A stretch of DNA of 64,000 nt from Octopus bimaculoides (GCF_001194135.2 NC_068989.1:88431720-88495719); one strand, 5' to 3'. Shown: positions 25,886 through 40,400, counted from the first letter of the stretch. Numbers and translations: made by a program. The notes: generated by a model not told the origin, from the sequence alone.

Positions 25886-26099
25886 TACATGCATACAGAC
25901 ATAAATATATATTCTTTTATTCTCTTATTTGATTCAGTCATTTGGCTACGGCCATGCTGGAGCACTGCCCTTAGTTGAACAAATCAACCCCAGGACTTAT
26001 TCTTTGTAAGCCTAGTACTTATTCTATCGTCAGATTGATTAGTGCCAGGCGTGGTTAGGGGAAAAAGCAATATGGATGACAACAGATGAGACACATGAG

Positions 26100-26450
26100 T
26101 GAAGATTACTTGAGTTGCACTTATATGAGACCAGTCAGCACTGAAGAGCAGAAGCCATTATAGTAGAAAAAGCAGAGAGAGGAGACAGCATGTCTATGGG
26201 TCAAAGGTTAGTGTATGTTTATAAATTACTTCAAGTCAATCAATAAAATGGTCTGTCTTTAGATGCAGCCTAGGATGTCTGTTATGTAGAGTAGCAACAA
26301 AACTCCAGACATAGGAACATTACGCCATTGTGCGTCTCACTGGAGCTTGGTAGAGGTCCAGTGGTAGTTGTGAGGATGAAGTATTCTAGCCTGAAGATGT
26401 GTGTTCACCAGGAGAGATTTTCAATGTGAGGCCTAATTTCTGTAGCAACC
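26100..26450 (-). mobile_element. CR1/L2-type LINE relic (post-RT region)
   Basis: Minus peptide LLDLYQAPVRRTMA*CSYVWS resembles the CR1-type LL.LYKA.IRP.LEYCS.IW motif. Confidence 0.5.
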
Positions 26451-26476
26451 TTGAAGATTTTAGTTATTTGTGTTTA

Positions 26477-26875
26477 ATCATCATCATCATCGTCGTTTAA
26501 CGTCCGCTTTCCATGCTAGCATGGGTTGGACGATTTGACTGAGGACTGGTGAACCGGATGGCTGCACCAGGCTCCAATCTGATTTGGCAGAGTTTCTACA
26601 GCTGGATGCCCTTCCTAACGCCAACCACTCCGAGAGTGTAGTGGGTGCTTTTACATGCCACCGGCATGAAGGCCAGTCAGGCAGTACTGGCAACGGCCAT
26701 GCTCAAAATGGTGTATTTTACGTGCCACCTGCACAGGAGCCAGTCCAGCAGCACTGGCAACGATCTCGCTCAAATGTCTTTACACATGCCACCGGCACAA
26801 GTGCCAGGAAGGCGACGCTGGGCACAGGTGCCATCACGATTTCGTTTGCCCCAACAGGTCTTCACAAGCCGAGTT
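26477..26875 (-). mobile_element. RTE 3' UTR and tail copy
   Basis: (CAT)n followed by CGTTTAACGTCCGCTTTCCATGCTAGC and GGATGCCCTTCCTAACGCCAACC. Further copies lie near 30325, 30980, 31592, 33650, 34498, 41871, 43000, 52400 and 57885. Confidence 0.85.
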
Positions 26876-28499
26876 TAATAGCAAGTGATAATATCTACTT
26901 GATATATGCGACTGAGTCTGTGCTATTAAAGGAGAAATGACTGACATGATCCCACTGGAGAATATTTTTTGAGGTCCCTATTTAGAAAGCCAGTGTCAGC
27001 TTGGTGTGAGATGTCTGGATTACGATAACATTGTCAGTGTGATGGTGCAAGCCACAGGTTTGCTACAATACTAACTTATCATTATCATTTTATGCCACGA
27101 CACTTGCCAAAAGTGCCATACTGTGGAACTGAACATGAAACCACATGGTTGAGAAACAAGCTTCTTAACCACACAGCCACATCTGCACTTATAACCAGGA
27201 GAGAACTTCTTGATCGATTGACCTGCTCAAAATAACAGCCAAATTACCCTCAAATCATAACTTAGTACCTTAAAAAGACAAAGAGCAATTAATATAGTCA
27301 GATATACAATAACATACAACAAACACAAAGCAGAATGGTCAAGGCTAGAACCCTTTTTATCAAAGACTTGACTTAGAGTTAAACAACATAATATAAAATG
27401 GTGCTGCCCTCTGCATGGAGTTGTCCACCAACACATTGGAATTGAAACCATGATCTTGCGATTCTGAGTGCAACATCCTAACCACTAGACCATGCAGTAC
27501 TAACCAATCATTGTGCATCACAATGCAATAGTTTTTAATGGTGGTATGATGATAGCTGACAGATGTATGATCGTAAATTGTTGGGCAGTAGGTGTACTGC
27601 ACTAACTGGTTTAAAACCACCTTCTGGCTCTTGGGCACCACCTTTAGCAGAGTTCACTCTGCTGTAAGTATCTGGATCAGGCCTCGAGTTTCAGGATTTC
27701 CGTAGGTACCTGGATAGTGGTATATAATAACATTGGTTAGTATATACCACTAGTATATATCATGTGTGAAAAAATGACAGTGAGAGTGAGGTAGTGACAA
27801 CAAAGATTTATAGAGGCTGGAGTGAAGTAGATAAAGCATAATTTATTGGGTAGGTAAAGTTCACCTGCATGAAAAGCAGAGTGTAGTTGGTTGGCCCAGT
27901 TGGTGGTTAAGAAGTTTGCTTCAAAACCATGCGGTTTTGAGTTCAATCCCACTGCACAGAACTTTAGGCCCCTGTCGTCTACCACAGCCTTGAACTGACC
28001 AATACTCTTTGAATAAAACTCAGTAGACAGAGATTATATGAAAACCGATCATATTTCAGTAAGGTCAAGCGACCTCATAATGACTCTTTTGTTAGCACGA
28101 TATCTGTTGATTGAAAAGGGTGAAGCCACATTTCAATTCTTGGACTAGGTGGTGCACTACATTCTGAAGTAAAATATTTAATTTCTCATTAACACATACG
28201 GACATAATGTATCATAATTAACTACAACACACAACACAGATATACATGTAGCCTCATTTATCACAGATTCATTCAGCAATAACCAGGGATAATACAGCAA
28301 GCTCAATTTTGTGAACTGTGTTATGCTGATCATCGATTGACCTGTGATAACATGGGTCAGCAAACAAAGATTCTGCTTGTATCACAAAAATGTGTCCCAG
28401 TGGCCACCCACACTGCTCAACTACCCAGAATGCATTCATATGACTCTTCTGTGAGGCTGTGTATTTTTTTATACAGATTTATGTACTTGTACCCATCAA

Positions 28500-28700
28500 C
28501 ATGGAACCAGTGAACAGAAAATATACAATGGTGCTTGATTCTAACAAATGACTCAGATGAGGGTATTCGCTACAGGAAAAGATATGGATGATCAAGAATG
28601 TGATGGTTGAAGCTTCACACAGTGGGCCACGAGTTTGGTGTTAATGAATCTACCATTCGTTTCCATTTATAAAATGTGTAGAGATGATTCATCTACTACT
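28500..28700 (+). mobile_element. Tigger/pogo transposase N-terminal HTH relic
   Basis: Translates as LHTVGHEFGVNESTIRF, typical of the psq-type HTH of Tigger transposases. The frame is interrupted by stops. Confidence 0.55.
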
Positions 28701-28769
28701 GTTTCATTTATCAGTTTTTTTTAGAACCAAACCCGTGTGGTAAACAAGGGTTGATATATCCTCAACAAT

Positions 28770-28984
28770 ATTCTTTTCTACTCTAGGTACAAAGCAAGAG
28801 GGGAGGGGGGGTGACCAGTTAATTAGATCAACCCCAGTACGCAACTGGTACTTAATTTATTGACCCTCCGAAAGGATGAAAGGCAAAGTCGACCTTGGTG
28901 GAATTTGAACTCAGAACATAAATACAGAAAAATACCGCTAAGCATTTTGCCCAGTGTGCTAACGTTTCTGCCAGCTTACCACCT
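28770..28984 (-). mobile_element. SINE family A
   Basis: Reverse complement of the family A head and core (GAAAGGCAAAGTCGACC, GAATTTGAACTC). Other copies lie at 41570-41762 (-) and 61020-61200 (+). Confidence 0.85.
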
Positions 28985-29159
28985 TATCATCAACAATATT
29001 GCCCTACTCGTAAAGAACATTGGTCACCAGAGGAAATTTCTGATGCCAGGCGGTCAATCTTGGTCTTCACTTGACTCAGGACAACAGAGCCAGCAAGAGA
29101 ATACTCTGTGGAAACATACAGTTGACAATCAATTAAACAAACATGTAGCTTTTTAACAT

Positions 29160-29610
29160 GGAGACATGTTTTTTCATCTGATCTCCAATGAGCCTAAACT
29201 AGTGTTTATCAGGGTTTAATATTGTCTCCCACTTTCTTCCTTGTATACATCAATGACATCCTTGCCTGCCACATGCAACACCACCTGCCCTTATGGAGAT
29301 TACATGACCCTTCATTGCTCATTAACTTTCCTTAAACAAGCATCATCCACATGCAGTCTAGACATCACATGCTAAACCTGTACTCACTCTACAAAGTCCT
29401 TGAAAGTATCTTCCACAGAGGTCATGCCAACTTTGTCTTTTTTAACTGCAGAAACACTCAATCAAAAAGCACCACCACACCACACTACATCCATTCTTAT
29501 AAGCAGCACTCTGTTAAAGCCCTCACAATTACTCCAAATACAGGGCCTCACTATCACCGAGGATTTCTGCTAGTGAATGCACCCTTAACATAGCGAGAAT
29601 CATGTCCCAA
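29160..29610 (+). mobile_element. CR1/L2-type LINE RT relic
   Basis: Peptide ILSPTFFLVYINDILAC, the post-QG RT motif, is present but heavily decayed. Confidence 0.5.
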
Positions 29611-32449
29611 GTACTAGCCCTTCTCTTTAGAGCCAGAAGATACTTCAGTCCCCACAGCTGCTCTTCATATGGCACCAACACAGGTGCTATTCATGTGACA
29701 CTGGCATGGGTGCTTAATGCCAAATAAGTATACTAAAATGGTTGTGTCAAAATGTCTCATATCCAACCAACCCATCGCTCGTTTCATCCACCCCACCACC
29801 TCCACTTCCTCACACCAATCAGTTATTCCCAATCCTTCTTCCCCAGTATGTTGGCTCACTGGAATCTCCTCCCTGCTTATGTCTTTCCTGCAGACTTTAA
29901 ACTGCAATAGTTTAAATGCAACATTAATGGCAACAATCTTACCATTTCTGGAGAGCCTGGAAGAACCATGGGCTCTGCACCTCAGGACTCAACAAGTAAA
30001 AAATAGATAATAAAAAGTCTTTTGTGTGGTAAGAAGTTTGCTTCCCAACCACAATGATTTCAGTCCCACTGCATGGCACCTTGGGCAAATGAATTCTACT
30101 ATAGCCTCAGGGTAACCAAAGCCTTGTGAGTGAATTTGGTTAATAGAAACTGAAAGAAGCCTGTTGTATATACAGTTGTATATACAGATGTGTGTGTGTC
30201 TTTGTGCCTGTGTGTGGTACTATGTCTTTTCATCCGACATCACTTTGTACAACGTCTTTTCGTCCCCAACATCCTTTTGTCTGATGATTTTTTTTGTCCA
30301 ACAACAAATCCAAACAACAAATCCAATCAATAAATCTGATCTGGCAGAGTTTCTACAGCTGGATGCCCTTCCTAATGCAACCACTCCGAGAGTGTAGTGG
30401 ATGCTTTTTATGTAAAACTGGTACAGGGGCCAGTCAGGCGGCACTGGCATCGACCACATTCGGATGGTGCTAGAAAAAGTTCAGAGTTGTAACTTTTGCT
30501 GGTAACAAAGAGTTTCTCGCTCAGAGTGAAGGGCTGATTGTATGATACTTGTGTAAGAAGTGTGGCCCTGGATGATAGTGGAGCACAGGCCTGGAATGCA
30601 AAGGATTTGCAAAAGATTATTAGAAAGAGAAAGGAACCAAGTATGCCTTGCTGGGTGTGTAATACATGTCAGAAGGGCAGAGTACAAATGAGCAAAGGGG
30701 AAATCTGTGTATAAAAGAAATTAAATGTCAAAGGCACGAGAGAAGGCTGTGATGGTAGAGGAATCTGATATAAAAGGAGAATGAGATAGATATAAAAGAA
30801 AAAGTGCAGAGTGCTCAAAGTGGATGGAACCTATGGAAAAGGGAGATGAAGACAGAGGGTGAAGATTGATCTCAGGATATTGAGTTTCACAGAAATGAAA
30901 AAGAACTGTAATGATTGGTGACATGCAATACAGGAAAAGACTTGTGCAAGCATGGCATAACAAACATTAAAATAATGGAGTCTGGGATGTACAATAAATT
31001 TACATGGAGCCTGGTGCAGCCTTCTGGCTTGCCAGTCCTCAGTCAAATCGTCCAACCCATACTAGCATGGAAAGTGGACGTTAAACGATGATGTCTCTAG
31101 CCCAATAGGTTTCTGCAGCCTTGATATTATCTTTTCTCTCAATCACTCTTTTTCCTATTCATTGTATCCTGCTTTATTCCATGTAACAAGGAATGTCATT
31201 GGATCTATCCAACACTCTCTCATCTGTCTGAAAATCCCTCCCTAACTCCCTCCTCTATTAACTATATCATGTTGCTCACATAACAAGGAACGGTACTAGC
31301 CCTACCTGTACTGAATTCCCTTCCAACCGGCATCCTTATCATTCCACCTCTTCCACCCATCACGATGTGGATAGAGGATTGCATCAGATCTGTTTGGACC
31401 CTATACACTCTATCATCCTTTCTGTTCTACACGTCATCACATCCTCTTTCAAAGACACTCATTATTAATATCCCTTACTCTTTCTCTCCCTCACCTAACC
31501 TATCACAATTCATCACTCTCTCCCTTTCTACCACCATACTTCTGCTCCCTTCACCCACAAGCAAGTCAGACAGACTTCTTTTACCATGAAATCATCATCA
31601 TCATCATCATTTAACATCCATTTTCCATGCTGACATGGGTTGGATGGTTTGACAGGAGCTGACAAGCCAGAGGGCTGCACTAGGCATCAGTTGGCTTTTT
31701 ACAGCTGGATACCCTTCCTAACACCAACCACCTTACAGAGTGTATTGGGTGCTTTTTACATAGCACCAGCACAGGTGCTTTATATGTGCCACCTCAATAG
31801 AGCTGGTGGAAAGGAAAAAGGCATCCAACCATAGGAACCAGCCCACCTCTATTTATAATAATTTTCCAAGCCACAAAAGCAGAGTTTAAGATTGGCTGTC
31901 TGTGGGATATCTTATACGTTAATGATTGAATACTTAAAATAGAGTCTGAAGAAATTTTTGATGAAGAAGCAAAACTTAGAATCAAGAAGCCTCAGTTTGC
32001 TTCCCAATCATATGATCCTGAGTTCAGTACCACTGCATGGCAACTTGAGAGAGCGTCTTCTATTATAGCCCTGAGGAAACCAAAGCCTTGTGAGTGGATC
32101 TGGGAGATGGAAACTGAAAGAAACTCATGTGTGTATGTGTCTGTCTGTCTAAATGTGTGTGCATACCTTTGTCTTGACATCATGCAATGACTGTAAACAG
32201 ACATCACTGTCATACAAACGGTGTTGTTCATCCCTTGTCTTCCATGGCGAAATATTACCTTACTTGGAAACTGGTGAGGGTTGCAACAAGAAAAGCATCC
32301 AATCAGAGAAAATATACCATAACAAATTCCATCTGACCCAAGCAAGCATAGAAAAATGGATGTTAAATGATGATGAAAGTACACAAGAAACTGCTGGCAT
32401 CAGGGAAATGGTTTTGATCAGTATGAAGAGAAAAATATGTGAACAGGAA

Positions 32450-33204
32450 TTAATATACAGCAAATACAATGTGAACAATGAGTGTACAGGAAGTCACTCT
32501 GCCAGAAATTTGGAAACGATATGCTGTACTGCTTGACATTCACGCCAGAAGCTCCAATACAAACATTTCAGAGTGTTTGGGTGTCAGTCTGAGGACAGAG
32601 CAATCTGAGGACAGAGCAATCTGAGGACAGAGCAATCTGAGGACATGTATCAAAAGTGATAAAAATCAAACATCCAGTCAACATCATGGTGTTTGGAGTG
32701 ATTACTAGTGATGGCAACTAGTGATGCCTCCATTCATCTTCCCACACAGCCTCACACTCAACACGGAGGCCTGCATCAAGTGTCTGGAGGAGGTAGTGCT
32801 GCTCTGGGTCAAGAGGATGGCTGCTGGTAGACCCTATGCCTGGCAACAGGACTCTGCACCATGCCACACAAACAGGAGAACTCAGTCAAGGTTGCCAGAT
32901 AATTTCTGTGACCACCTCACCCCTAGCTTCTGGCCACCTAACTCCCCAGACTGCAACCCTCTTGATTATTATGTGTGGGATGCAGTTGAGCGACAGACCA
33001 ACAAAACTTCCTGTAACACTAAATATGAACTGAAGGCAAGGATTATGGCAACATTCACCAACTTAAACAAGGAGACCATCCAGAAGAGTTGCAGGAGATT
33101 CTGAAGTTGTCTGGGGGCCATGGTTGAAGGCAATGGCGATTTTATTGAATAAATTTACTCTTTAGTATTTCAAGATATTTTCATGTAATTTTCGTAAATA
33201 TATC
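32450..33204 (+). mobile_element. Internally deleted DD37D (maT-type) Tc1/mariner transposase pseudogene
   Basis: N-terminal LPEIWKRYAVLL..NISECLGVSLRT, then KHPVNIMVFGVITSDG and WQQDSAPCHT...WPPNSPDCNPLDYYVW. There are exactly 37 residues between the second and third catalytic Asp. The right end runs into a gap. Confidence 0.85.
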
Positions 33205-33789
33205 NNNNNNNNNNNNNNNNNNNNNNNNNNNNNNNNNNNNNNNNNNNNNNNNNNNNNNNNNNNNNNNNNNNNNNNNNNNNNNNNNNNNNNNNNNNNNNNN
33301 NNNNNNNNNNNNNNNNNNNNNNNNNNNNNNNNNNNNNNNNNNNNNNNNNNNNNNNNNNNNNNNNNNNNNNNNNNNNNNNNNNNNNNNNNNNNNNNNNNNN
33401 NNNNNNNNNNNNNNNNNNNNATATATATATATATATACAATATATTCACTGCACCCTGTACATATATAATATATATATGTGTGTGTGTGTAGATATGGCT
33501 GTGTGATAAGAAGCTTGCTTCCTGACCACATGGTTCCAGGTTCAGTCCACTGCATGGCACCTCGGGCAAGTGTCTTCTACTATAGCCTTGGGCCAACCAA
33601 AACTTGTGAGTTGCTTTGGCATATGGAAACTGAAAGAAGCCCATGATATATCATCATTATCATTTAACATCCATCTTCCAAGCATGCATGGATAGGATGG
33701 TCAACAGAAGCCAGCCAGGTATAAGACTACCCCAGGCTACTGAGTCTGTTTTGGTAGGGTTTTTATGGCTGGATGCCCTTCCAAATACA

Positions 33790-34075
33790 TACAGCTGTGT
33801 GAAGAAGTGTCGATCTCTAACAGTGGAGGGAAGCTGTGGAAGAGGGAGACCCAGGGAAACACGGGACAAGGTGGTGAAGCATGATCTTCGAATGTTGGGC
33901 CTCACTGAGGCAATGACTAGTGACCAAGATCTTTGGCAATATGCTGTGCTTGAGAAGACCCGTCAAGTCAAGGAAAATCATAGTTGAGGCCATTGTCGGT
34001 GTTACATAACTGGCACCTGTGCCGGTGGCACATAGAGAGCACCTTTCGAGTGTTGGGCTACACAGAGGTAATATG
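33790..34075 (+). mobile_element. RTE LINE C-terminus
   Basis: CVKKCRSLTVEGSCGRGRPRETRDKVVKHDLRMLGLTEAMTSDQDLWQYAVLEKT is a canonical RTE GRGRP..W C-terminus. Confidence 0.85.
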
Positions 34076-35059
34076 CCAGAGGTCACACAAAGGACATAGT
34101 CATGTTAAAGAAGCTGGCAATTTTTGAGTTGCAGTGGTTGGTGGTTAGAGCCACTTACATGGTATGCCTCTTCATTCCCTGTGTTAGATTGGAATCTGCT
34201 GTCTGAAAGAGAAAGGAAAAAGTTGAAATTTGACATATGCTGCATAACATTACATTAGCTTATCCTCCATTAATGGACCACTATGGTTTGTTCNNNNNNN
34301 NNNTTTTGAGTTGCAGTGGTTGGTGGTTAGAGCCACTTACATGGTATGCCTCTTCATTCCCTGTGTCAGATTGGAATCTGCTGTCTGAAAGAGAAAGGAA
34401 AAAGTTGAAATTTGACATATGCTGCATAACATTACATTAGCTTATCCTCCATTAATGGACCACTATGGTTTGTTCACAAACACTCTGTACTGGCATATAT
34501 CATCATCATCATTATCATCATCATCATCGTTTAGCGTCCGTTTTCCATGCTGGCATGGGTTGGACAGTTTGACTGAGGTCTGGAAAGCCAGTGGCTGCAC
34601 CAGGCTCCAATTTGATCTGGCAACCTTTCTACAGCCGGATGCCCTTCCTAACACCAACCACTCCAAGAGCGTAGCAAACGCTTTTTACATGCCACCGGCA
34701 CAGGAGCCAGCCAGGCGGGCCTGGCATTGATCACATTCCGATAGTGCTTTTTGTGTGTCACTGGCACGGGGGCCATTTGGCGGGTACTAGCATCGGCCAC
34801 GTTCGGATGGTGCATTTTACGTGCCACCAGCACAAGAGTGAGTTTTAAAATATCCTATTCATCATCATCATCATCATCGTNNNNNNNNNNCAGAGAGTGT
34901 AGTGGGTGCTTTTATACTTTTATAATTAAATATCATTAGAAACTGCATTAAAAAATAAGATATTTGGTGTATTTGAAAAGTATAAGCAATTTATTATACA
35001 TAAATCTTAAGAAAGAAAATTTTATATGCACCCCCACCCCCCACCAAGGTCAAATGTAG

Positions 35060-35450
35060 CCTGGTTTTGAATGGTTGTATTACATCACAGAACCTGTATT
35101 TCCACCAACAAGGTATACTTTGCTCTTTTCATTGCACTGTCCTCTTCAATGCTGCCCTTCCAATGGCCTTTGCAACATGGTCAGAGCTCCTGACCAAAAG
35201 CTTTTGCACAACTGCTAATCATGCACTTCAGAGTCCCTCACAACTAGCACAGAAGGTAAACTTGAGACTCCATCTTCCTCCGGTAGAAGAAGCTGTATAA
35301 GCTTGGTTGTCATGCAGAAACCAGATAAAGAATTGTATTCAATAGGGCTGGGTTTTCCAAAACCGTTGAAGTCCACAGTGAGGTTTTGAAAACTGTTTGG
35401 ACATGGTGCCTGTTCAGAGCCTCTCAATCCTGTCCAAAAAGTAAATATCC
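35060..35450 (-). mobile_element. Possible L1/Tx1-type C-terminal zinc-binding relic
   Basis: Minus peptide LQRFWKTQPY*IQFFIWFL...FCASCEG resembles zf-RVT (W+..P.KI..FLW...CxxC), with multiple stops. Confidence 0.3.
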
Positions 35451-35632
35451 AGAGTGATTTATGAGGTCCTATTCCTTAGGTAATTATGTCTAAATGTTTC
35501 AAAGACATATATGAATACATGCGTATGTGAGAGAGTAAATAACTATATATAAACACACACACACATATATATATATATAAACATGTAGGTAGATATATAT
35601 ATATATATATATAGATATATATATAAACATGT

Positions 35633-35696
<64 letters not shown>

Positions 35697-35698
<2 letters not shown>

Positions 35699-36900
35699 GA
35701 GTAGAGATACCCGGCTTTGCCCGTGTCACATGGAATTGAACAATTAGACTTTTCTTTTATATTGTCTCTAATGAACTGGAATATCTATGATTCGAATTTC
35801 ATCAAAATTGGAGATTAAGAATTTTAATGATGGTTCTTCCCTTCTTTACACACCCTAACAAAAATTCTAATCATGACATATTTATCCCATACTACTCATC
35901 TTTATTCTCAGATTCCAAAATCCATATCTTATGAAACCTATTCTGAAGGTTTTTGCTCCTGAAAATTGGAGCACATGGAGCTCTAAAATGTGGGAGTTAA
36001 GGCCCCTATTGGGGAGGGGATCTTAAAGTCAACCAGAGAAGTTGAATTGTTGGGAATCTTTTTTGTGTCTTATATTTATTGTTCAAATTTCTTTGAAATC
36101 AGAAATATATGAATATGGGTTTGTAAACGAGAGCAAAGCTACAGGAAACTAAAAGATGGATGATCACAATAAGCAGTCAGCTACCCTACCCTAGTTGTTA
36201 CCACTCTCCAATGTGGGATTCCTCACCATACAGGTGACCGGCACAGCCATAAGATGTATTACAGATCTATAGCAATTGGAAGGGCATGACCCAACAGAAA
36301 TAAACATTAACAACTGTGTGACATGAGGGCTAAGGGGAAATGAAAGTGTCACCTCTGGAGTTTGCTAATGATCACTATTCCAGAAGGTAAATCGACAGAA
36401 TAAATTTGCAATCTATAAATCTCTCTGAATGACCAGTCACTTATCTGGGATGGCCTTGAAATCAATGTTATCATCTGGGGACTATCTCTGATCCAGTGAT
36501 AATAAAAAGACTCAAAGGAGGTCTGCAATGAAATAACTTTACTCAACACTTTGCAACTGAATCAGTGGAGGCAAAGATGCTTCTCCTTTACTTGAGAATT
36601 TATGCACCACATTGCAGAAATCACAATCTAAGAATATTTCAAAGCAAACTCTGACACTGTTGTACCATTGAATTACAAATAACACTCATCTTTTATGTTC
36701 GGGTGACCCTACAGCTTCCAAGAGTACAATTGTATTCTTCTTGGCTCAGGAAAAATAACTAAATTGTGGGGATTAAGTCCCCATTAAGGGGTCTTAATAA
36801 CTCCTAAGAATTTGAAATTTTAGAAATATTACTTCATTTGTATTTAATATCTATGGTTAAAATTTCATCAACAGCAAAAATATATGAATTTTCATGGGGG
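35697..36900 (+). mobile_element. Possible non-autonomous Helitron-like element
   Basis: Begins TAGAGATACCCGGCTTTGCCCG directly after (TA)n, similar to known non-autonomous Helitron 5' ends. The 3' end is not identified. Confidence 0.3.
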
Positions 36901-37075
36901 TCATAGCCTCATTTATTCCCCCTCACTTTCAAAGATATACTGCATTACATCTGTCCTTATGCATAGAATATATATGTATGTATATATATATGTATGCATG
37001 TATATATGTGTATATATATGTGTACATATTACATATATATCTATATATATACATACATATATATGTACATATATA

Positions 37076-37125
<50 letters not shown>

Positions 37126-37149
37126 TGCATACATATTTATACATATATA

Positions 37150-37180
<31 letters not shown>

Positions 37181-37864
37181 CTATATCAATACGTAATATA
37201 TATTTATATATATGTATTATGTATGCATCTATGTACGTGTGTATATATGTATGCATGCGTGTATATATGTGAGATAATAGTTTCACTTTAATAGTTTCAG
37301 TATTAATAGTGGAACTATTAAAGTCAGAGTATTACAATAGAGAGATGTTATTGTTTCACTTTTCACACATAATACTGAAATAGTAGAAGATATAAGAGAT
37401 TGCTCTGGGGTCGCATCAGGCAAGAAATTGGAAATTTTTATGGCCCATGACACTACATGGACCTATGACAGTCGGGGGATTATTATATATGTATGTGTCA
37501 CATATATTACTGAAGTCTACTTTCTCAATGCCAGTATGAGTTGTGCAGCACTCACTATCATGTTGGTGACAGGAAGGGCATCCAGCTGTAGAATATTACC
37601 TCAATAGCTCCTAAAATGTATGATTACGCACCATACATACATCTAGAGCCACACAAACACGAGTATGTGTGTGCAAATAGATAGATAGATAGATAGATAT
37701 TGCTATACAGGTATATATTGCAATACATACATATATTTATATATAAATATACACACACACACATATATTTCTACTTATACACACAGGCATTATTTATAAT
37801 TAAAAGATATACATGCATATATGTACTTATAATCTAAATATATACTTACATATATGTATATACG

Positions 37865-37915
<51 letters not shown>

Positions 37916-38072
37916 NNNNNNNNNNATATATATATATATGTATATATGTATATATATACACACATACATACACACTCATGTATATATATGCGTGTGTTTA
38001 TATATATATATATTTATATATATATGTATATATATACACACATACATACACACTCATGTATATATATGCGTG

Positions 38073-38156
<84 letters not shown>

Positions 38157-38726
38157 GCATTATACATATGTGTGTGTGTGTACGATTATATACGCATATA
38201 TTCTTTATTTCAAATCGAAGATGGAAACGTGAAAATGGTGAGAGAAAAAAATTCTCTTCCTTTTTGCAATCATGTTTTTCATAAGCATCGCTGAACACGG
38301 AGAATGACGGGGATGATGATCATAATAATAATAATAATAACAATAATAATAACAACAATAATGGTTTCTAAAATAATAATAATTATTATTATTATTATTA
38401 TTATTATTGTATCATGATCGCGTTTTTTTTAATAAAGATTTACTAATGGTCAGTCACGAAAATTGAAAGCAAGGGAGTTGTTTACTTTGGTCAGTTCGTA
38501 ATGTTATTGTTGGACGACGGAACGAAGAGTGAACTGTAGATAAATAGAGGGAGATTTATACATCTCTAGCTAAAACGGTTATTATACATCTTCATACATA
38601 CACACATATATATATATGTATATATATAAACACATACATATATATTGATATAGATATACACACATACATATATATGGATATAGATATACATACATGCATG
38701 TGTATGATGTATATTCATAGGTATGT

Positions 38727-38788
<62 letters not shown>

Positions 38789-39110
38789 AAGCATATACAC
38801 ATATATGTTATTCGTGTTTACTTTTTATCCCATCAACAGTAAATTAGTGCTTTCGTTACTATTTCCAAATCGGAAACATTTCATACACGATGGGCTGACA
38901 GACAGAGAGGAAAAGCGAAATAATTATTGCACAACGGATGCATATAATATGTATATAAACACATACACTCAGATCAAATAAAAAAAATAAAATTTGAGAG
39001 GGAGACCCACAGAGAGAGAGAGAGAGACCGAGGGACAAACAGGGAGGCTGAGACAGAGAGAAGATGAAAGGATAACAAAAATGGCAAAAGGAGGTGAGAG
39101 AAGAACTTAC

Positions 39111-39370
39111 CTGATTAGGAAGAAAAAGTTTATGGTAGGAGGTAGAAAATACGTGAAACTTTTAGAATCATTGAGTAAAAGAAGCGGATGGGCAAGCACC
39201 ACAATGTGGCGTGGCTCCGTTCTGACAGGAACCCATAACCCAGCTTTGGTTTATTGTCTTGTTGTTGTTTTATTTGTTGTTGTTGTTCTGTTATAGTTTT
39301 TCATTTTGTTTTTTTGTTTTTGTGTTTTGGTGTGTGTGCGCAGGGGAGGGGTCAGTAAGGGGGGAGGAGG
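39111..39370 (-). other. Candidate first (5' UTR) exon
   Basis: Consensus donor CAG|GTAAGT at 39111/39110 in unique sequence, just downstream of the ETS-CRE motif. It holds only short uORFs, and the upstream boundary is approximate. Confidence 0.55.
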
Positions 39371-39373
39371 TGA

Positions 39374-39392
39374 AACCGGACCGGAAGTGACG
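39374..39392. promoter_or_regulatory. ETS plus half-CRE composite promoter motif
   Basis: CCGGAAGTGACG at 39381-39392, preceded by AACCGGA, within a CpG-retaining region from about 38.2 to 41.1 kb. Confidence 0.6.
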
Positions 39393-39526
39393 ACACGAAA
39401 CCAAAATCGTACACTTTATACGTTAAAAAAGACTTTATTTATATATATATATATATATATATACATATATAATATATGATATATACATATGCATACACGA
39501 ATATTTATATATACATAAATGTGTTA

Positions 39527-39557
<31 letters not shown>

Positions 39558-39617
39558 CATACATGCATATATATATAAACTAACATATATAGATATACAT
39601 ATACACACACAAATATG

Positions 39618-39650
<33 letters not shown>

Positions 39651-39723
39651 AATACATACACACATACTGTATAAACATACACACTATATACATACACTAT
39701 ATATATATATATACACACACTGT

Positions 39724-39756
<33 letters not shown>

Positions 39757-40352
39757 CATACATACATGCATAAATATACACATTTTGCATTCATATGCAT
39801 ATATATTGCATAAATGCACACACATACACATAAATTTCGTTGACAAATAATATCATATGCAATATTTAAAAATAAAATTTTTTTAAAAACATTTTTTGCA
39901 ATCTAACTAAATTGAAAAAAATTCCGTTCCTTTATTATTATTATTGTTGTTATTGTTGTTTCGTTACTTTTTTGTTTCCTTTTCCTGTTACTCTATTTAA
40001 AAATAAATAAATAAATAAATAAACTAAATTTTTAAAAAATAACTCAATGAAATGTGTCTAAAGTATGCTTGCAAAATTAATTTTGCAAATTTTATTTGTA
40101 AATGTGATGCTAAGCTAAAAACTAACAGAATCGGAAGAACAAAAATAAAAATAAAATAAAATAAAAAAATAAAAGATGGAAATAAAATTTAGTGAAGAGT
40201 CAAAAAAGCTAAGAAACAGAAAAGAAAAAAAAGACAGCTGCCAGGTGAAGTTTTGCTTTTTGGATAATTGGGTGGGTTTCGATTTGTGTGCGTGCGTTTG
40301 TGATTTATTGTCTCTTTTTGTTTCCATATATAAATGTGTGTATGTAGTTATT

Positions 40353-40387
<35 letters not shown>

Positions 40388-40400
40388 ATATATATATATA

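Noticed and set aside
34120-34476. About 175-bp tandem duplication around a 10-N gap (also at 19809 and 44672)
   Set aside because: Near-identical copies abut a placeholder gap, so this is most likely an assembly or haplotype artefact.
39343-39370. G-quadruplex at the putative promoter
   Set aside because: Only three runs of 3 or more G are present, so a canonical four-tract G4 is not satisfied.
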